Source of the DNA: Camelus dromedarius
Lineage: Eukaryota
Direction: 5' to 3'
NCBI RefSeq assembly: GCF_036321535.1
Contig: NC_087437.1
Location: forward strand, 94,862,001 to 94,926,000
Length of the DNA stretch: 64,000 bases
A model generated the notes under the pieces. It ran no database searches. It was not told the DNA's origin and saw nothing but the letters and a program-made list of their open reading frames with translations. Position numbers and translations under genes: made by a program. Below, one piece after another: positions 25,466 through 38,226 of the stretch. Each line of letters begins with the position of its first letter. The stretch's first letter is position 1.

Positions 25466-27169
25466 GTGTTTATATTTTTAATTTTTAATTTTATGAATTT
25501 TCTGTGTATTTTGAATATTAATCCCTTATTGGGTATATCATTTGCAAATATCTTCTGCCATTTAGTAGATGATCTTTTCATTTTGTTGATGGTTTCCCTT
25601 GTTTTGCAAAAGCTTTTTAGTTTGATGTAGTCCCATTTGCTTATGTTTGCTTTTGTTGCCCTTCTCTAAGGAGACGGATCTAAAAATTATTGCTAAGACC
25701 GATGTTAGAGACCATATGTTTTCTTCTAAGAGTTTTCAGATGTTACATTTAAGTCTTTAATCTATTTTGAGTTTATTTTACATGGTGTAAGAAAGTGGTC
25801 CAATTCGATTCTTCTGCATATAACTGTCCAATTTTTCCAGCACCATTGCTTGAAGAGACTGGCTTTTCCCCACTGTATATTCTTGGCATCTTGTTATAAA
25901 TTAATTGGTCATAGAAGTGTGGGTTTATTTTTGTGGCTCTCTACTCTGTTCGATTGATTCCTGTATCTGTTTTTATGCCAGTACCATTCAGGTTTGATTA
26001 CTATCAATTTACAGTATAGCTTGAAATCAGGGAGCATGGTACCTCCCAGCTTTGTTCTTCTTTCTTAAGATTGCTTTAGCTATTCAGGGTCTTTTCTGGT
26101 TCCAAAGAAATTTTAGAATTACTTGCTCCAGTTTGTGAAAAATGCCATTGGTATTTTGATAGAGTTGCTTTGAATCTATATATTGCTTTAAGTAGTATGG
26201 GCATTCTAATGATATTAAATCTTTTAATCCATAAACAGAGTTACATCTTTCCATTTATTTTTGTTGTCTTCAATTTCTTTCATCAGTGTCTTATAGTTTT
26301 CAGAGTATAGGTCTTTCATATCCTTGGTTAAATTTATTTCTAGGTATTTTCTTTTTGATACAATTGCAAATGAGATTAATTTCTTAAATTTGTTTTTCTG
26401 ATAGTTTGTTATTAGTGCATAGAAATATAACCGATTCCTGTATATCCTGCAACCTCACTAAATTTATTTATGAGTTTTAACATTTTTTGGTGAAGTCTTT
26501 TGGGTTTTCTATATATGCTATCATATGTCATTTGCAAATAGTGACAGTTTTACTTTTTGCTTTCAAATTTGGATACATTTTATCTCATTTTCCTGTCAGA
26601 CAGCCTTTGCTAGGACTTCCAGTACTATGTAGAATAAAAGTGGCAAGAATGTCTTTTGATTGGAGCATTTAGTTCATTTATATTTAAAATAATTATTGGT
26701 AGGTGTACACTTGCTATTTTGTTTATTGTTTTCTGTTTTTATATTGTTCTTCTCTGTTCCTTTCTTCTCTTGTTCTGTTCCCTCATGATTTGATGACATT
26801 CTTTGATGTTATGCTTGCATTCATTTTTCTTTATTTTTTGTGTATCAGTTATATGTTTCTGGTTTGTGGTTATCAAGAGTTTCATTTATAGCAACCTAAG
26901 TATACAGCAGTCTATTTTAAGTTGATGGTTACTTAAGTTTGAGTACATTCCACATGCACTACATTTTATTCCCACCCATCAAATTTTATGTCATTGACAT
27001 CATATTTTACATCTTTTAATTTTGTGTATTACTTAAGTATTTTAGATACAGATGATTCTGCTACTTTTAACCTTCATAGCAGCTTTATAGTTTGTTGATC
27101 CATTACTGTTACTGTATGTTTACTTTTGTCAGAATTTTTTCATAACTTTCTTATTTCTAGTCGTGGCCC

Positions 27170-28102
27170 TTTATTTTCTATTTACAGAATTTCCCTTAAC
27201 ATTTCTTGCAAGGATACTTTAGTTCTGATGAACTGCTTTAGCGTTTGCTTGTCTGGGAAATTATTTATCTCTTCTTCAGTTTTGAATGATAACCTTGCCT
27301 GGTAGAGTATTCTCAGTTGTAAGTTTTGTTTTGTTTCCTTTTGGTTTTTTTTCTGGTACTTTGAATATATTGTGTCAGTCCCTTCTGGCTTGTAAATTTT
27401 CTGCTGTAAAATTCAGCTAATAGTCTTATGAGGATTCTCTTTTATGAAGAATGAAGAAAAAGTAGAATTTTTTCTTGCTGCTTTTAAGATTCTCTCTCTA
27501 TCTTTAACTTGTGACATTTTAATTATAACATGTCTTGGCATGGATCTCTTTGGATCCATCTTGTTTGGGACTCTCTGTGCTTCCTGGACTTGGATGTCTG
27601 TTATCTTCACCACGTTAGGAAAGTTTTCATCCATTATTTCTTCAAACAGATTTTCTGTCCCTTTCTCTCTCTCTTTCCCTTCTGACATCCCTGTAATGTA
27701 AATGTTAATAGACTTGATGTTGTCAAAGAGGTCTGTTTATCCTCATTTTTAAAAATCTCTTTTTTTTTTCTTTTTGCTGTTCTCTTTGGGTGATCCCCTT
27801 ACCTTGCCTTCTTGAACACTAATCTGTTCTTCAGCATCTTCTAATCTCCTGTTGATCTCCAGTAGTCTATTTTTCATTTTAATTATCATATTCTTCAGTT
27901 CTGATTGATTCTTTTGTATATTTTCTGTTTCTTTGTTAAAATTCTCACTGAGTCCATCTACTCTCACAGGTTTGGTGAGCATTTTTATGACTGTGTCTTT
28001 GAACAATTTATCTGGTAAATTATTTATCTTTGTTTTATTTAGTGCTTTTTCTGAAACTTTGTCTTGTTCTTTTGCTTGGAGGGTATTCCTCTGTCTCCTC
28101 AT
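27170..28102 (-). pseudogene. L1 ORF1p remnant (frameshifted)
   Basis: MRRQRNTLQAKEQDK... coiled coil; ENLFEEIMDENFPN...IQVQEAQRVPNKMDPKRSMPRHVIIKM...RERILKAAR conserved ORF1p motifs. Confidence 0.9.
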
Positions 28103-28709
28103 TTTGCCTAACTCTTTGTGTTTGTTTCTATATATTAAGTATATCAGCTATACCTCCCAGCCTTGAAAAACTGGCCTTCCATAGAAGGTGTCTGATGTGT
28201 TCCAGTGGTGCAATTTCCCCTGGTCACCAGAATAGGGTGCTCCAAGGGTATCCTCTATGTGAGCTGCTTGAACATTCCTATTGCAATTGGACTGTGATTG
28301 CCGCAGGCATGCTGCTGGTGGGGGCTGGCCCCCAGGCTGACTGGCTGCAAGGCCCATCTGCAACTGCTTTGGGTGTGTTGATGGTCAGAGCTGGACCCCT
28401 GTAGTTGAAGCCACTTTGGAAGGGCACTAGAGCTGCCTGCCTGATGGGGCAGGGTGGGCCCTGTTTGGGGGGCCACTGGTCTTGGCTGAGTTGGCCTGCC
28501 AGGTGGGGTGGTATATATTTTAAGTTATTCTCAGCAGATATGAAGTTTCTCATTCCTTCTGACAAGGTTGTATACTATAGTACACTTCATAAAATTTGGA
28601 ATATGTCCCAAAATATATTTGGGGACAAATAACAGAGAGAATAGAGAAAAGCATGTCTGTGTTTATCTCTATTATAAACTCCTTGAGGGAAGGATCTATA
28701 TTTGACACT

Positions 28710-29030
28710 TTCATTTATTCATTCATTCATTCATTCATTCAGGTAGCCATTAATTGCTGGTTACACTTGAAAAAAATGATAATGGTAATAAAATCTGCAT
28801 AAGATAAAGTTGGTTTGGAAAAAAAAATCTCTTTAGAAAACTTACAGATGTGAGACATTTTATGGGACATGCTTTAACTTCTGTATATGCAAAGAACATA
28901 GTAATTGAGTTATGTGGAACATTTCAAAGGAAACATTCAAATTGGATCTTGAAGGTAGAGTAGGCCTTCTCCAGGAATGGGAAAAGGAGAATGCAATGCA
29001 GAAAGGGAAAGTGGTTTGACAGTGTCAATT
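28710..29030 (-). mobile_element. L2 3' fragment with expanded (TCAT)n tail
   Basis: tcatttattcattcattcattcattcattc followed by degenerate antisense L2. Confidence 0.55.
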
Positions 29031-29175
29031 TGTCTGTAGACAGTAAGTTTATAAAATGACTAAAGCCAAACTACACTATCTTACCATCATAGTGAACCAA
29101 TGAATATAATCTACCTCTCTACTCTACTCTCCAATATGCAGTCTGTAACAATGCCTTAGAAACATGAGTTAGACA

Positions 29176-29337
29176 TGTGCTGTCCACTGAGGTAGCCATT
29201 GGCTACATGTGGCTATAATATAAAATGAGTAATTCAGTTTCTCTTTATACTACACATTCCAATTGCTCAATAGTCAGGCACATGTGGGTCTTATAGAATA
29301 TTTCTATCAACACAGAAAGTTCTACTGAACAGCATTG
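29176..29337 (-). mobile_element. MER3-like hAT-Charlie MITE
   Basis: gtgctgtccactgaggtagccattggctacatgtggctat ... agaaagttctactgaacagcattg terminal motifs. Confidence 0.8.
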
Positions 29338-29688
29338 CATTAGAGCATCCTCATTCCTGTTGCTTGAAGAGAGGTATTTTTAGAACTCCATGTTGAACTC
29401 AGAGTGCATTCCTAAAAAATGTAAAAATGGGAGTTAATTTTAGTTGAAATATATTATATTATACTAGTAATAGTAGTATTATTTTAGGATACACTAGAAG
29501 TCTTTCTGACTCTTAGTAATAGAGCCATTATTAAAACATTTCTTTAAGGAAAAATGCTTTCCAAGTAAAACAATGAATACATAAAATTCTGTGACACAAT
29601 GTATTTATAAATTGGCAATGTCTGGTAGAGAAATATGTAGTTCTAATTTTGGCTTCATTACCATTAAGTTGTAAAGGGTTATTTTACG

Positions 29689-29837
29689 TTTTTTTTTTTA
29701 ATTTATTATAGTATAGTCAGTTTACAATGTTGTGTCAATTCTGGGGTATAGCATAATGTTTCAGTCATGCATATACATATATCTTCATTTTCTATTCTTT
29801 TTCATATAGGTTACTACAAGATATTGAATGTAGCTCC
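29689..29837 (-). mobile_element. Very short 5'-truncated L1 3' end, similar to the copies at 5300 and 24641
   Basis: Poly(T) then tatagtcagtttacaatgttgtgtcaatt...ggttactacaagatattgaa; imperfect TSD taaagggttatttta / taaagaactatttta. Confidence 0.85.
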
Positions 29838-32639
29838 TAAAGAACTATTTTAAATTCCTTTAGTGTATTCCCTGAACATATTTTCCCTTATCATTCTCAT
29901 TTTCCTATTTATTTCACAAACTTCTACATCATGTATTTGCTCTTTTGGAAAAAAAGTTTCTGTATTTATGTTTCTTTAAAATTATTCATCTTAAACTATG
30001 ATCTCAAATTGAACTGAAAACTCAGATTTCAAATTCAAACAAGTTATAAATGCACTGTATTACTTTTCTTATCATTCTCCTGAAGCAATATGGTGGACTG
30101 CTTAATACATCAGACTGCCACCTTATTTTGACAGTATTTTCTGGTATAATATCTTACACTGAAGATACAGATGTATTAGCCTAACATACTTTTTTTTTGG
30201 AAACATGGATAAATATTCCTTAAATTGAAGAATCAGTTTTTTCTTTTAAAACTGGGGTTTTATAGCTCTGCAGAAACATACACATTTACATGGACATACA
30301 CATACATAAATTATCACCTTTTTTAGGAGCAGAAGCATAAACTTACATAACATGGTCTTAGTGCTAATTTTCTCTTCCTTTCTGTCCTACTGATATTCAT
30401 TCCTTTTTCATATTTATATATTTTTTAAATTCAAGGAAAGTTGTGGGTGGATCTCTGTTCTTAATTATTTTATATATTTAATATATTTATATGAGTCTTA
30501 TCAAAGACCAGTCAAGATATATATTAAATGTCCTTAAAGCTTCTCTGTATATCTATAAACTTAATTTTAATAAAAGCCCGAGTTTATAGTACATTTTTCA
30601 ATTTCTTATTTTCGTTTATTTATTTAGTAAATATTTAGTAAGTAAAGGATAACGGATTCTTCTGGGTTTAAGGAATACAGTGGAGAAAAAGATAAGATCT
30701 CTGCTGTCATAGAGCATATGTCTTGCAAATGTTATCAAAATTATGCTCACCTTTTATGAAATGTATTGGTTCAATAAAAGAGCATATGAAAAGAAAATGC
30801 AAGTTTAAAAATGAATGTAAGAAAAATTCCATTTTTACAAACAGAAAAATGGTGAGTGAATGTTTGTGTGTATGCAAAGTGTATACCACAACACAGTAGA
30901 GGTGCACATACTCACAGAATGTATGTAGATGTTTTAAAGATTCCAGGTAAATAGATGCAAAGATATCAGTAAAATACTTTTAATTTTCCATTGTATCTTA
31001 TTTTTCTATATTGATAATATGTTACTACTGTAGTAACAGAAGAAAAACAAGGTAAACTGTTTCTCCACAAAAATATTGAATTTAATCTGTTGCTAATTTT
31101 CATTTATGCAGTAAACTGAAGAAGCAACATTTTTTTATGTTTACATTAAGAATTCAAACACACACTTAAAGATATTTACATACAAAAGTATTACAAATAT
31201 AGTCATAAAAATAGTAAAGGTGTCTCTAAAAGGCTAAACACGATTTCTTAACTCTTGTTTATCTTCACAATTGATTCCCCTGTATCCATCACACCTGGTA
31301 CAGAGCAGTAGCAATTCAGAACTGACTGGTTTCTACTGCAATCTGTAAGCTTTCTGCACTTAGTACTAAACTAGGAAGAAGATGCATTTTTTTCTTTTAT
31401 CAAAGAAATAGCACACTCAGAGTATTAATATCTGGTGGACCTTTGAGCTCAGAGAGGATCAGTAACTTGCCTGAGATCACACAGGAATTAGGAGCAGAGC
31501 CAGGATTATAACCTGGGTTCCCTGCTTTCTCAGCTCTCTTTTTACTCCATCACTTAAATAACATGAACTAAATTGAGTTGATTATTGTATCTGAGAACAG
31601 CTTAAAATAAATGCAGGTTTATTTCCGCATGTATACTAGAATGAGTTTTAATTATTCTTATGGAATTTAGCTATAGCTGGGTCTGAAACCAAATTTTTAT
31701 TTTACAAATGAGATTATATACTATCCAGATTAAAATGTGTCCCAGAAATCTTGGCAGAGTGAGCTAATCCCAGGGCCATCTGTTTTCCGGATCACTTTTG
31801 GAACTTTTGTTGGAATGAGTTCTGCCAACACTTTGCATTTTAATGGCTTCTCTTCAAATGACTGAATTATTCAGTGTTGGACAAAAATTATTTTCAGCAC
31901 CAGGTTTAAAATTTTACAGTAATTGAGAAAAAAAAATTTCAATTAGAGATGATCGTGCTTTAGAGGGTGATACTATCAGAAAGTATTTAAGAAATGTTCA
32001 TGTGCATGCAATCTACACAGCTCCAGAGAAAAGTTAGACAAATTAGGGTAGAGAGAGGAGATGTCAGAATCTTGGCATTTGAAGGAAATTTAGAGACTGT
32101 CTAGAAAATCTTCCTCAGTATCTCTTCCAGATGGTGATCTGGCCTTTTACAAAAGAGCCAGGTCCATCTGGGGACAGCTCTATGGATCAGAAAGTTCTTC
32201 CATATTTCTTCACACCTTATTCTGACCTCTCTGAAGCACAGCATCATATCTTTTCCTATGAACACTGGTGTTTGATAGGAGTAAAACATATATATCTATT
32301 TAAACAATGACTAGACATTTTGGAGCTCTTCTAAACAAAAGGGAATTCATTGTTTTTGACGTTGCAGGATGCTGAGGAGAATCTCCACCTCTCCACTCAC
32401 ATGAGAAGGCCGTATGATTTATATTCTCCCCATTTTACACATATGTTAGAGCCTGGGTTGTAATCCATTTCTACAATGAAGCTTTTCCGGAGGAACCGTA
32501 GCTCGCTCACTCTGTCATATATTAGGCAGAGGACTCTCTCTCCATTTATTACCTTTTTTATCATTTTTACCACCATGCAATACTACATCCTAATAAGAGG
32601 CAACGTAGGGTAGTTTATTTCATTTGTCCTACTTGGAGT

Positions 32640-32890
32640 TAGAAAGAGGCTCTGCTCATTGTTGGCACTCAGAAATCCAGGGGAGGAGACCTTATCTCAG
32701 CATATGTTTATGACTATTGCAAAGTGAGGAGGGACTTGAGGAATCACGTAGTACTTACATCCTCCACTCACATTTCACTGAATGCAAGTCAGCTGTTCAC
32801 ACCTGATTTACAGAAGGGTGGGACAGTCCAACCCTACCATGTGTCCATAAGTCAGCCAGCAGAATCTATGAAGAGCACCAATGGTTAGCA
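32640..32890. mobile_element. Old MaLR LTR (MLT1H/I-like) fragment
   Basis: ccactcacatttcactgaatgcaagtca...ccctaccatgtgtcc motifs. Confidence 0.55.
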
Positions 32891-33271
32891 AAGGGGGCAT
32901 AAGGATACAGAGGGAGGGGCTGGGATGAGAGGCGAAAAGCACATACTCCCACACATGTGGAAGAGCGAATAAACTTATCTTGGATAACATTCTCCAGCCC
33001 AAGATTTATATTAGGACAGAATGTAGGACTTGAGTGGCAGCATAATGGTACAAAAACTCTCTTTAAATATCTGGGTCACTTTGAATACAGTTCACTCAAA
33101 CTCTTTAGCCCTTGCAGTTCTCATCTTTAAAATAAAGGGCTTGGGGCAGTTAAATTCTACTGTTTCTTTCCAGGTCTGATCTTCAGGATTCTCTATCTTA
33201 AGTATATTCTTTACTCTAAGTAATGTTTAGAGAAATTTGGGGCTCAAGTGAAAAATTTTTACAAGATCTGG

Positions 33272-33390
33272 TAACATAGAATTCAAATATTTTGTATATA
33301 TTATTTCAAATATTTTATATATTAGATATAAAATATTTATGTATAATATGTATAATATAAATAAATATAAAATGTTTGAATTCTATGTTA
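33272..33390. repeat. AT-rich nested inverted repeat
   Basis: Outer arms 26 bp with 2 mismatches; inner perfect 13-bp arms at 33308-33320 and 33326-33338. Confidence 0.9.
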
Positions 33391-36300
33391 TATTAATAAG
33401 AAGACATAGGTCATAATAAGGCATATCTGTGTCTTATTATTAATTCTAGAAACTGAAATTCATTTTGAGAAGACCCATCTGAAAAAAGGAAAGCCAGCTC
33501 TCCTCATATCACAAGATGAAATATTTAATGTGTGAGTTCTCCAAGATAACCAACCAAAACTATCAGATGGTTTTAAATGGAACTAGATACTGAGCTATGG
33601 CAACAAATTAATTTCAAACTCACCAGTCATGTTTTATAAGCGCATATAGACTGCTGCCATCAGTGATCTAATGGTATTTAAACCAGCACTCTGAAGACAG
33701 AAATCTCCATGTGATTATTTCTAATCTCCTTGACTGTTTCCCTCAGTCATTATCTAGGACACAGGCATACAAAAAATTCAGAATGAGGAGCAAAGATTCT
33801 GAAGAGGAAATATCATTGAAGATCAAATATGGCAAGAGTCATCCAACAATTGAAATGTCATCTCTCTGTATTAGTGTAGTAGGGAGACACTTGTGAAGGA
33901 AAGAGTAAGATAAAATTTTTGTTCTAAGTCTCTGCTGACTACTGCCTGAAATTCCATAATTAGAATCATTCTTTTGGTTTCATTGTCTAACCACTAGAAT
34001 CATCTCCTGATAAAGCAGATGGTCCTAGAAAAGATAAATTATTGTCATCAGCATAAAGCCCCAACACCTGGCTGGAGAGATAGAGACCAGAGCAGAGTGG
34101 AGCCCCAGAGGTCTTCACTTCTCAGAGTGTTGCCTAGGTCAGGGTAGGTTAGCTTTACAACTTAAACTACTGAGAACTGTTCTATGAGGACTTATTCTGG
34201 CAGGTACTTTGATTTTCACAACACTCTCAAGTAGAAGTCATCACTAACCACATTCTACAAAGAAAGATACTAAGTTTTCTTGAAGTTGAGCAGTCTGCCC
34301 AAATGTACACAGCAGAATATGGTGAAGTGGGAGTCTAGCCCAATCTCAGAGCTGTGCTCTGTTCAGTATTACCAGACAGAAGGAGAGGGGCCCTGACTTT
34401 TGCTCTAGGTAAATTGGGAAATGCTGTGGATTGTGTTGATAATCATTCTGGCTTGTGGAGCTGAAAGCCATCCGTTGAAGGAGATTGTAGAAGGAAACTC
34501 TTAGAAGGAAAACTTAGAAGCTGAGAGCTCCAGCAATTCCCTCCACCTTTCAGGAGTCCTTTCCAGAACTCTGAGTCTGTCCGGAAACATTTGCAAGACC
34601 AGAAAGACACCTTTCCCGAGAACAAGAGCTGTAGCGTAAAATCTGTTTTCCACTGATTCAGCTCTGCCCCAGCCTGGGTCACTTTGGAGAAGAGACCTGA
34701 GCTGACTCACCTACCAGAAGTCCTAGCCCTGACCTCATTCCTCTGTCCACGCTGGCCAAGAGAAATAGGAGTCTTTAAACCCAGATGTAACCTCTTTCTC
34801 TCTGAGCAATACCTTCTTGCTTCCCTAAAGCATGAGCAACGGTAGGATGTGTGACAACTCTGTATAGAAATCTCAGAACGTACTGTAACGTGCACATGGT
34901 GGCATGCTGGTGTCTGTCACAGTGGAAACTTACACATTGTCCTAAGTGAGAGCTGAGCTCTCTTTCCAAAGCTCAGAAAGACCTACATTTCAAGTTTCTG
35001 TTGATAGGATTATTGTCTTTGGAAAGGAGGCCCAACTGTGAGACTAACGTGAGCAAACAGCAGAGCGTTAACGATCTGTAGAATATAATGGGCAGCCTAA
35101 TCCTTTCTCTTTGGGGGCATTTAAAAGTCACATGTTATTCTGTTCTTTGCATCCTGCCAATGCACTTTTTTTTCCCCCCTTGACATGACTGGTGATTGGG
35201 TAAAACTAGCAAATGTTAAAAGAGCCAAACTCTGGAGGAAAACAAAAGGGTTACAGAATTTAAACCATGCATTTTATATAACTTGAAGCACAGTAAAGCA
35301 CTAACTGTCATCTTATTAATAATTGAATAACAAGTTTGTATTGGCTGGAGTACCAGAAATGCTTGTGGTTATTGACAACAGATGGTTTAATATCCCATCA
35401 AGTCAACTGTTCTAAGAACTGCCTTAGGTTCTTATGTGTTTTTCCTACAAATCTGATTATATCCTAGTCAGGAGCGAAGCAGGATGACAACTGACTAGCA
35501 ATCTTTTAGAAATATTTTACCAAGCAATGCACAAAAAGCCAAAAGGGAAGAAGAAAGGAATCCTGCTAATGTTTACTATAAAAACACTGCATATGTATAA
35601 TACATCTGTATCTTTTTAAAGACCACAGAACCTGTTTTCTAGGATTGTGTTAGTGAATTTGCTACCATTAATTTCAGATGTATATGGCAAAAATATTCAC
35701 CTTTTAAAAAATCTTTTAAAGTGTTGTCCAAATAATGCACTTGTACCATAAACAGATTAGAAAACATATCCTCTGGGGCCACCAACCAGTTACCCTCAGT
35801 TATTATTTTGGTATAAATCTAGGCTAAGCTACTTCCTCTAGATGCAAGTATTTTTAACACTTGAAGGTTGTCTCTTATAATCACACTCTATCCTCCTAGA
35901 AAAGAAGTTATATTACATTGTACTTCAAAGTAGAATCTTACTGAAAAAGATGAGCATAAACTCCCACAGAATCATGATTGCCGTGGCCACCAATGTTACA
36001 AAAGAGTTCAGTATGCTGGAGTGCCTGCTTTGATGGTGCTATCTGTTCTCCTCTCCGCTTCATTTATATCAGCTACAAGTATTTTCAAGTAGTCATGGAA
36101 CAGACTTGGTGATACAGAAATACCAGAAGTTGTTCCCTGGCTTTTCTCCCTCGTGTTATTATCAAGTGGCTGAAGGCATGGCCCTTGTTCTCCTTTTAAC
36201 CATCAGGATTTTCTTCCTTATTTAAGCATTTAAAGAAAATGCAAGTTTTACAGCACAATCTTAAAAAGGACATTAAAGGACGCAAGATTCTCTACTTTTT

Positions 36301-36486
36301 TCTGCCAAAAAAATAGAACTCTCAATATTTTCTCTTTCGTACCCACACAAAAACTGATTAGATATTGTGCTGTCTCTCCGTCTCTCTCTTTCCATGTGTG
36401 CACTTGGGTAGGGGAATCCTAGGAAAATAAACTTTGCTTAAGTCTTTGCCAATTAAAAAAGAAAGATCAGATATGTATATATATAT

Positions 36487-36524
36487 ATGTTATTGTCAAA
36501 TATATATATATTTGACAGTAACAT
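36487..36524. repeat. 38-bp palindrome centred on (TA)n
   Basis: atgttattgtcaaatatat|atatatttgacagtaacat, one mismatch. Confidence 0.95.
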
Positions 36525-36855
36525 TGTTTGAAATTTTTAAGGGATGTGGTTGAACATTGAAGTCATCAGCACCTTAAAGCTAATGGGATTTTTCAGAAGT
36601 TTTCAAGAAACATCCAAACATCACGGATGCTCTAAAGACCCTGCAGTGGTGGGAAGAAACAGGAGTTTTGTTGAGTTGAATTAATGTGATACCACCAACC
36701 CACTATATCAATAAAAGTATAGTAAGATAACTTGTAATGTAATTCTCAAGGCAGGGGCTTAGTTCACTGAAGGTCAGTCTTCCTAATTAAGGACAGTTGT
36801 GTGTCCATTATTTATTCAACATCGGTACCTGGAGATTATATGGACTTTTCTCTTT

Positions 36856-36892
36856 TCTTCCTTCCTTCCTTCCTTCCTTCATTCCTTCCTTT
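36856..36892. repeat. (CTTC)n microsatellite
   Basis: Direct reading. Confidence 0.9.
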
Positions 36893-37679
36893 CTTTGTTT
36901 TTAAGAAAGAGAGCATTCTTACGAACTCTGGGTTACAAGAACAAAACCACCACCCTGTTTAGAAATGGTGAAACTTAAAACCAGAGAGAGAAAGAGAGAA
37001 GGAAGTTAAGCCAAACTCACCCTTTCTTGAGGTTCTTAAATCACGACTTATTCCCTCAGGGGGGACTTTTGTTGTTTCTGCCTCAGAGAATACAGACATT
37101 CAGGATATTTTCTAATGTTGTATCTCCCATAACTGGAATAACCTCATACCCACAGCTAATCCTGATCATCAGTTTAGCCACGTCTCCTTTCAGCAGCTTG
37201 ATTGCTGGGGGAGTGATGCGGGGCCCAGCGCCAGCTCTGACACTTCCCTGCCGCATTATTTTCAGAAGGTCCCTTCTCATTCTACCATCTTACCCCAGCA
37301 GCCCCCAAAGGCCACCCAGCAATTCACCTCTTCTCTTTTTCTCTTCTACCTCTGCCCATTTGAGCTGGGGAAAGCTTCTTAACAAGGAGGCTCACCCATT
37401 TCTGATCCCCTTCCCATCTGAGTTCTTACCAGAACGTGTCAATCCCACCCTATGCTCCTAGCCAGCTGCATGTGCCATTCCCTCAGAGCGTCTTCCAAAC
37501 CCGGACAGCTCCCTGAGTCCACTGAGCCACTCCCGCCCGTCTCGCTCTCTGCGGGTGACCTGGCCCTCCACCTGCAGCTTCCCACCTCCACCGCCAAAGT
37601 CCCCTCCCTCATGGGCTTTGGAGGAAGCACTGGAACCCTCTAAGTGTAAACTATTCTCTTTTATCCCATTTCTACGATG

Positions 37680-37887
37680 GATCCAGTTTTTTGTTGAACA
37701 GGAAGCTTATGAAATTTATAGGACTTTACTTCAGAAAAGGAAATAAAAAATAATTTTAAAAAGTGCCTTCATAGATTAAAGTTAAAAATCATGCTTTGGC
37801 AAATGTGCAAAGCAAATGACCCTGTGATGGTTTCGCTGGGGCCCCGTCACTAGCTTCAGCCTCCTTGTCATCACTGGCCAGCCCTGG
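37680..37887. mobile_element. MER45-like hAT-Tip100 fragment
   Basis: gaagcttatgaaatttatagg...agaaaaggaaataaaaaa ... ggggcccc...tagcttcagc...gccagccctg. Confidence 0.45.
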
Positions 37888-38181
37888 TCAACCAGAGTTC
37901 ACAGAGTCATAAGGCTCTAAGGCAGCTGTTGCAGGAATGAGTTAACTTATTTCCTTTGTTTCTAGATTGATACTTGTTATGTCCCATCCTTGGGAGACTA
38001 GAGATCATAGTCACTTCAATTATTTTTTTCTTTTGTATTTCTCTTGTATTTCTCACTCAACCCCTGGTGAGAATGGCTGTTTCTTCTTTATCTCATTTAA
38101 AACTTTGCCCCCTTTACACCCCTGATCCTAGTTTTCGTTTCCAGCCCTATCTCCTACTCATTCTCTCACGATGCATGTGCA

Positions 38182-38183
<2 letters not shown>

Positions 38184-38224
<41 letters not shown>
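38184..38224. repeat. (CA)~20 microsatellite
   Basis: Direct reading. Confidence 0.98.

Positions 38225-38226
<2 letters not shown>

Larger units (their letters stand above)
23699..28520 (-). mobile_element. Near-full-length degenerate L1 (5'UTR remnant, ORF1, deleted ORF2, 3'UTR)
   Basis: ORF1p peptides at 27413-28102; ORF2 endonuclease start (IIILNINELNAPIKRH) joined directly to RT sequence at ~26650; ORF2 3' part and 3'UTR down to ~23700. Confidence 0.92.

Noticed and set aside
37027..37643. 144-aa ORF and GC-richer patch as a gene or CpG island
   Set aside because: Non-ATG start, low-complexity Leu/Pro/Ser peptide, few CpGs and no clear exon boundaries.
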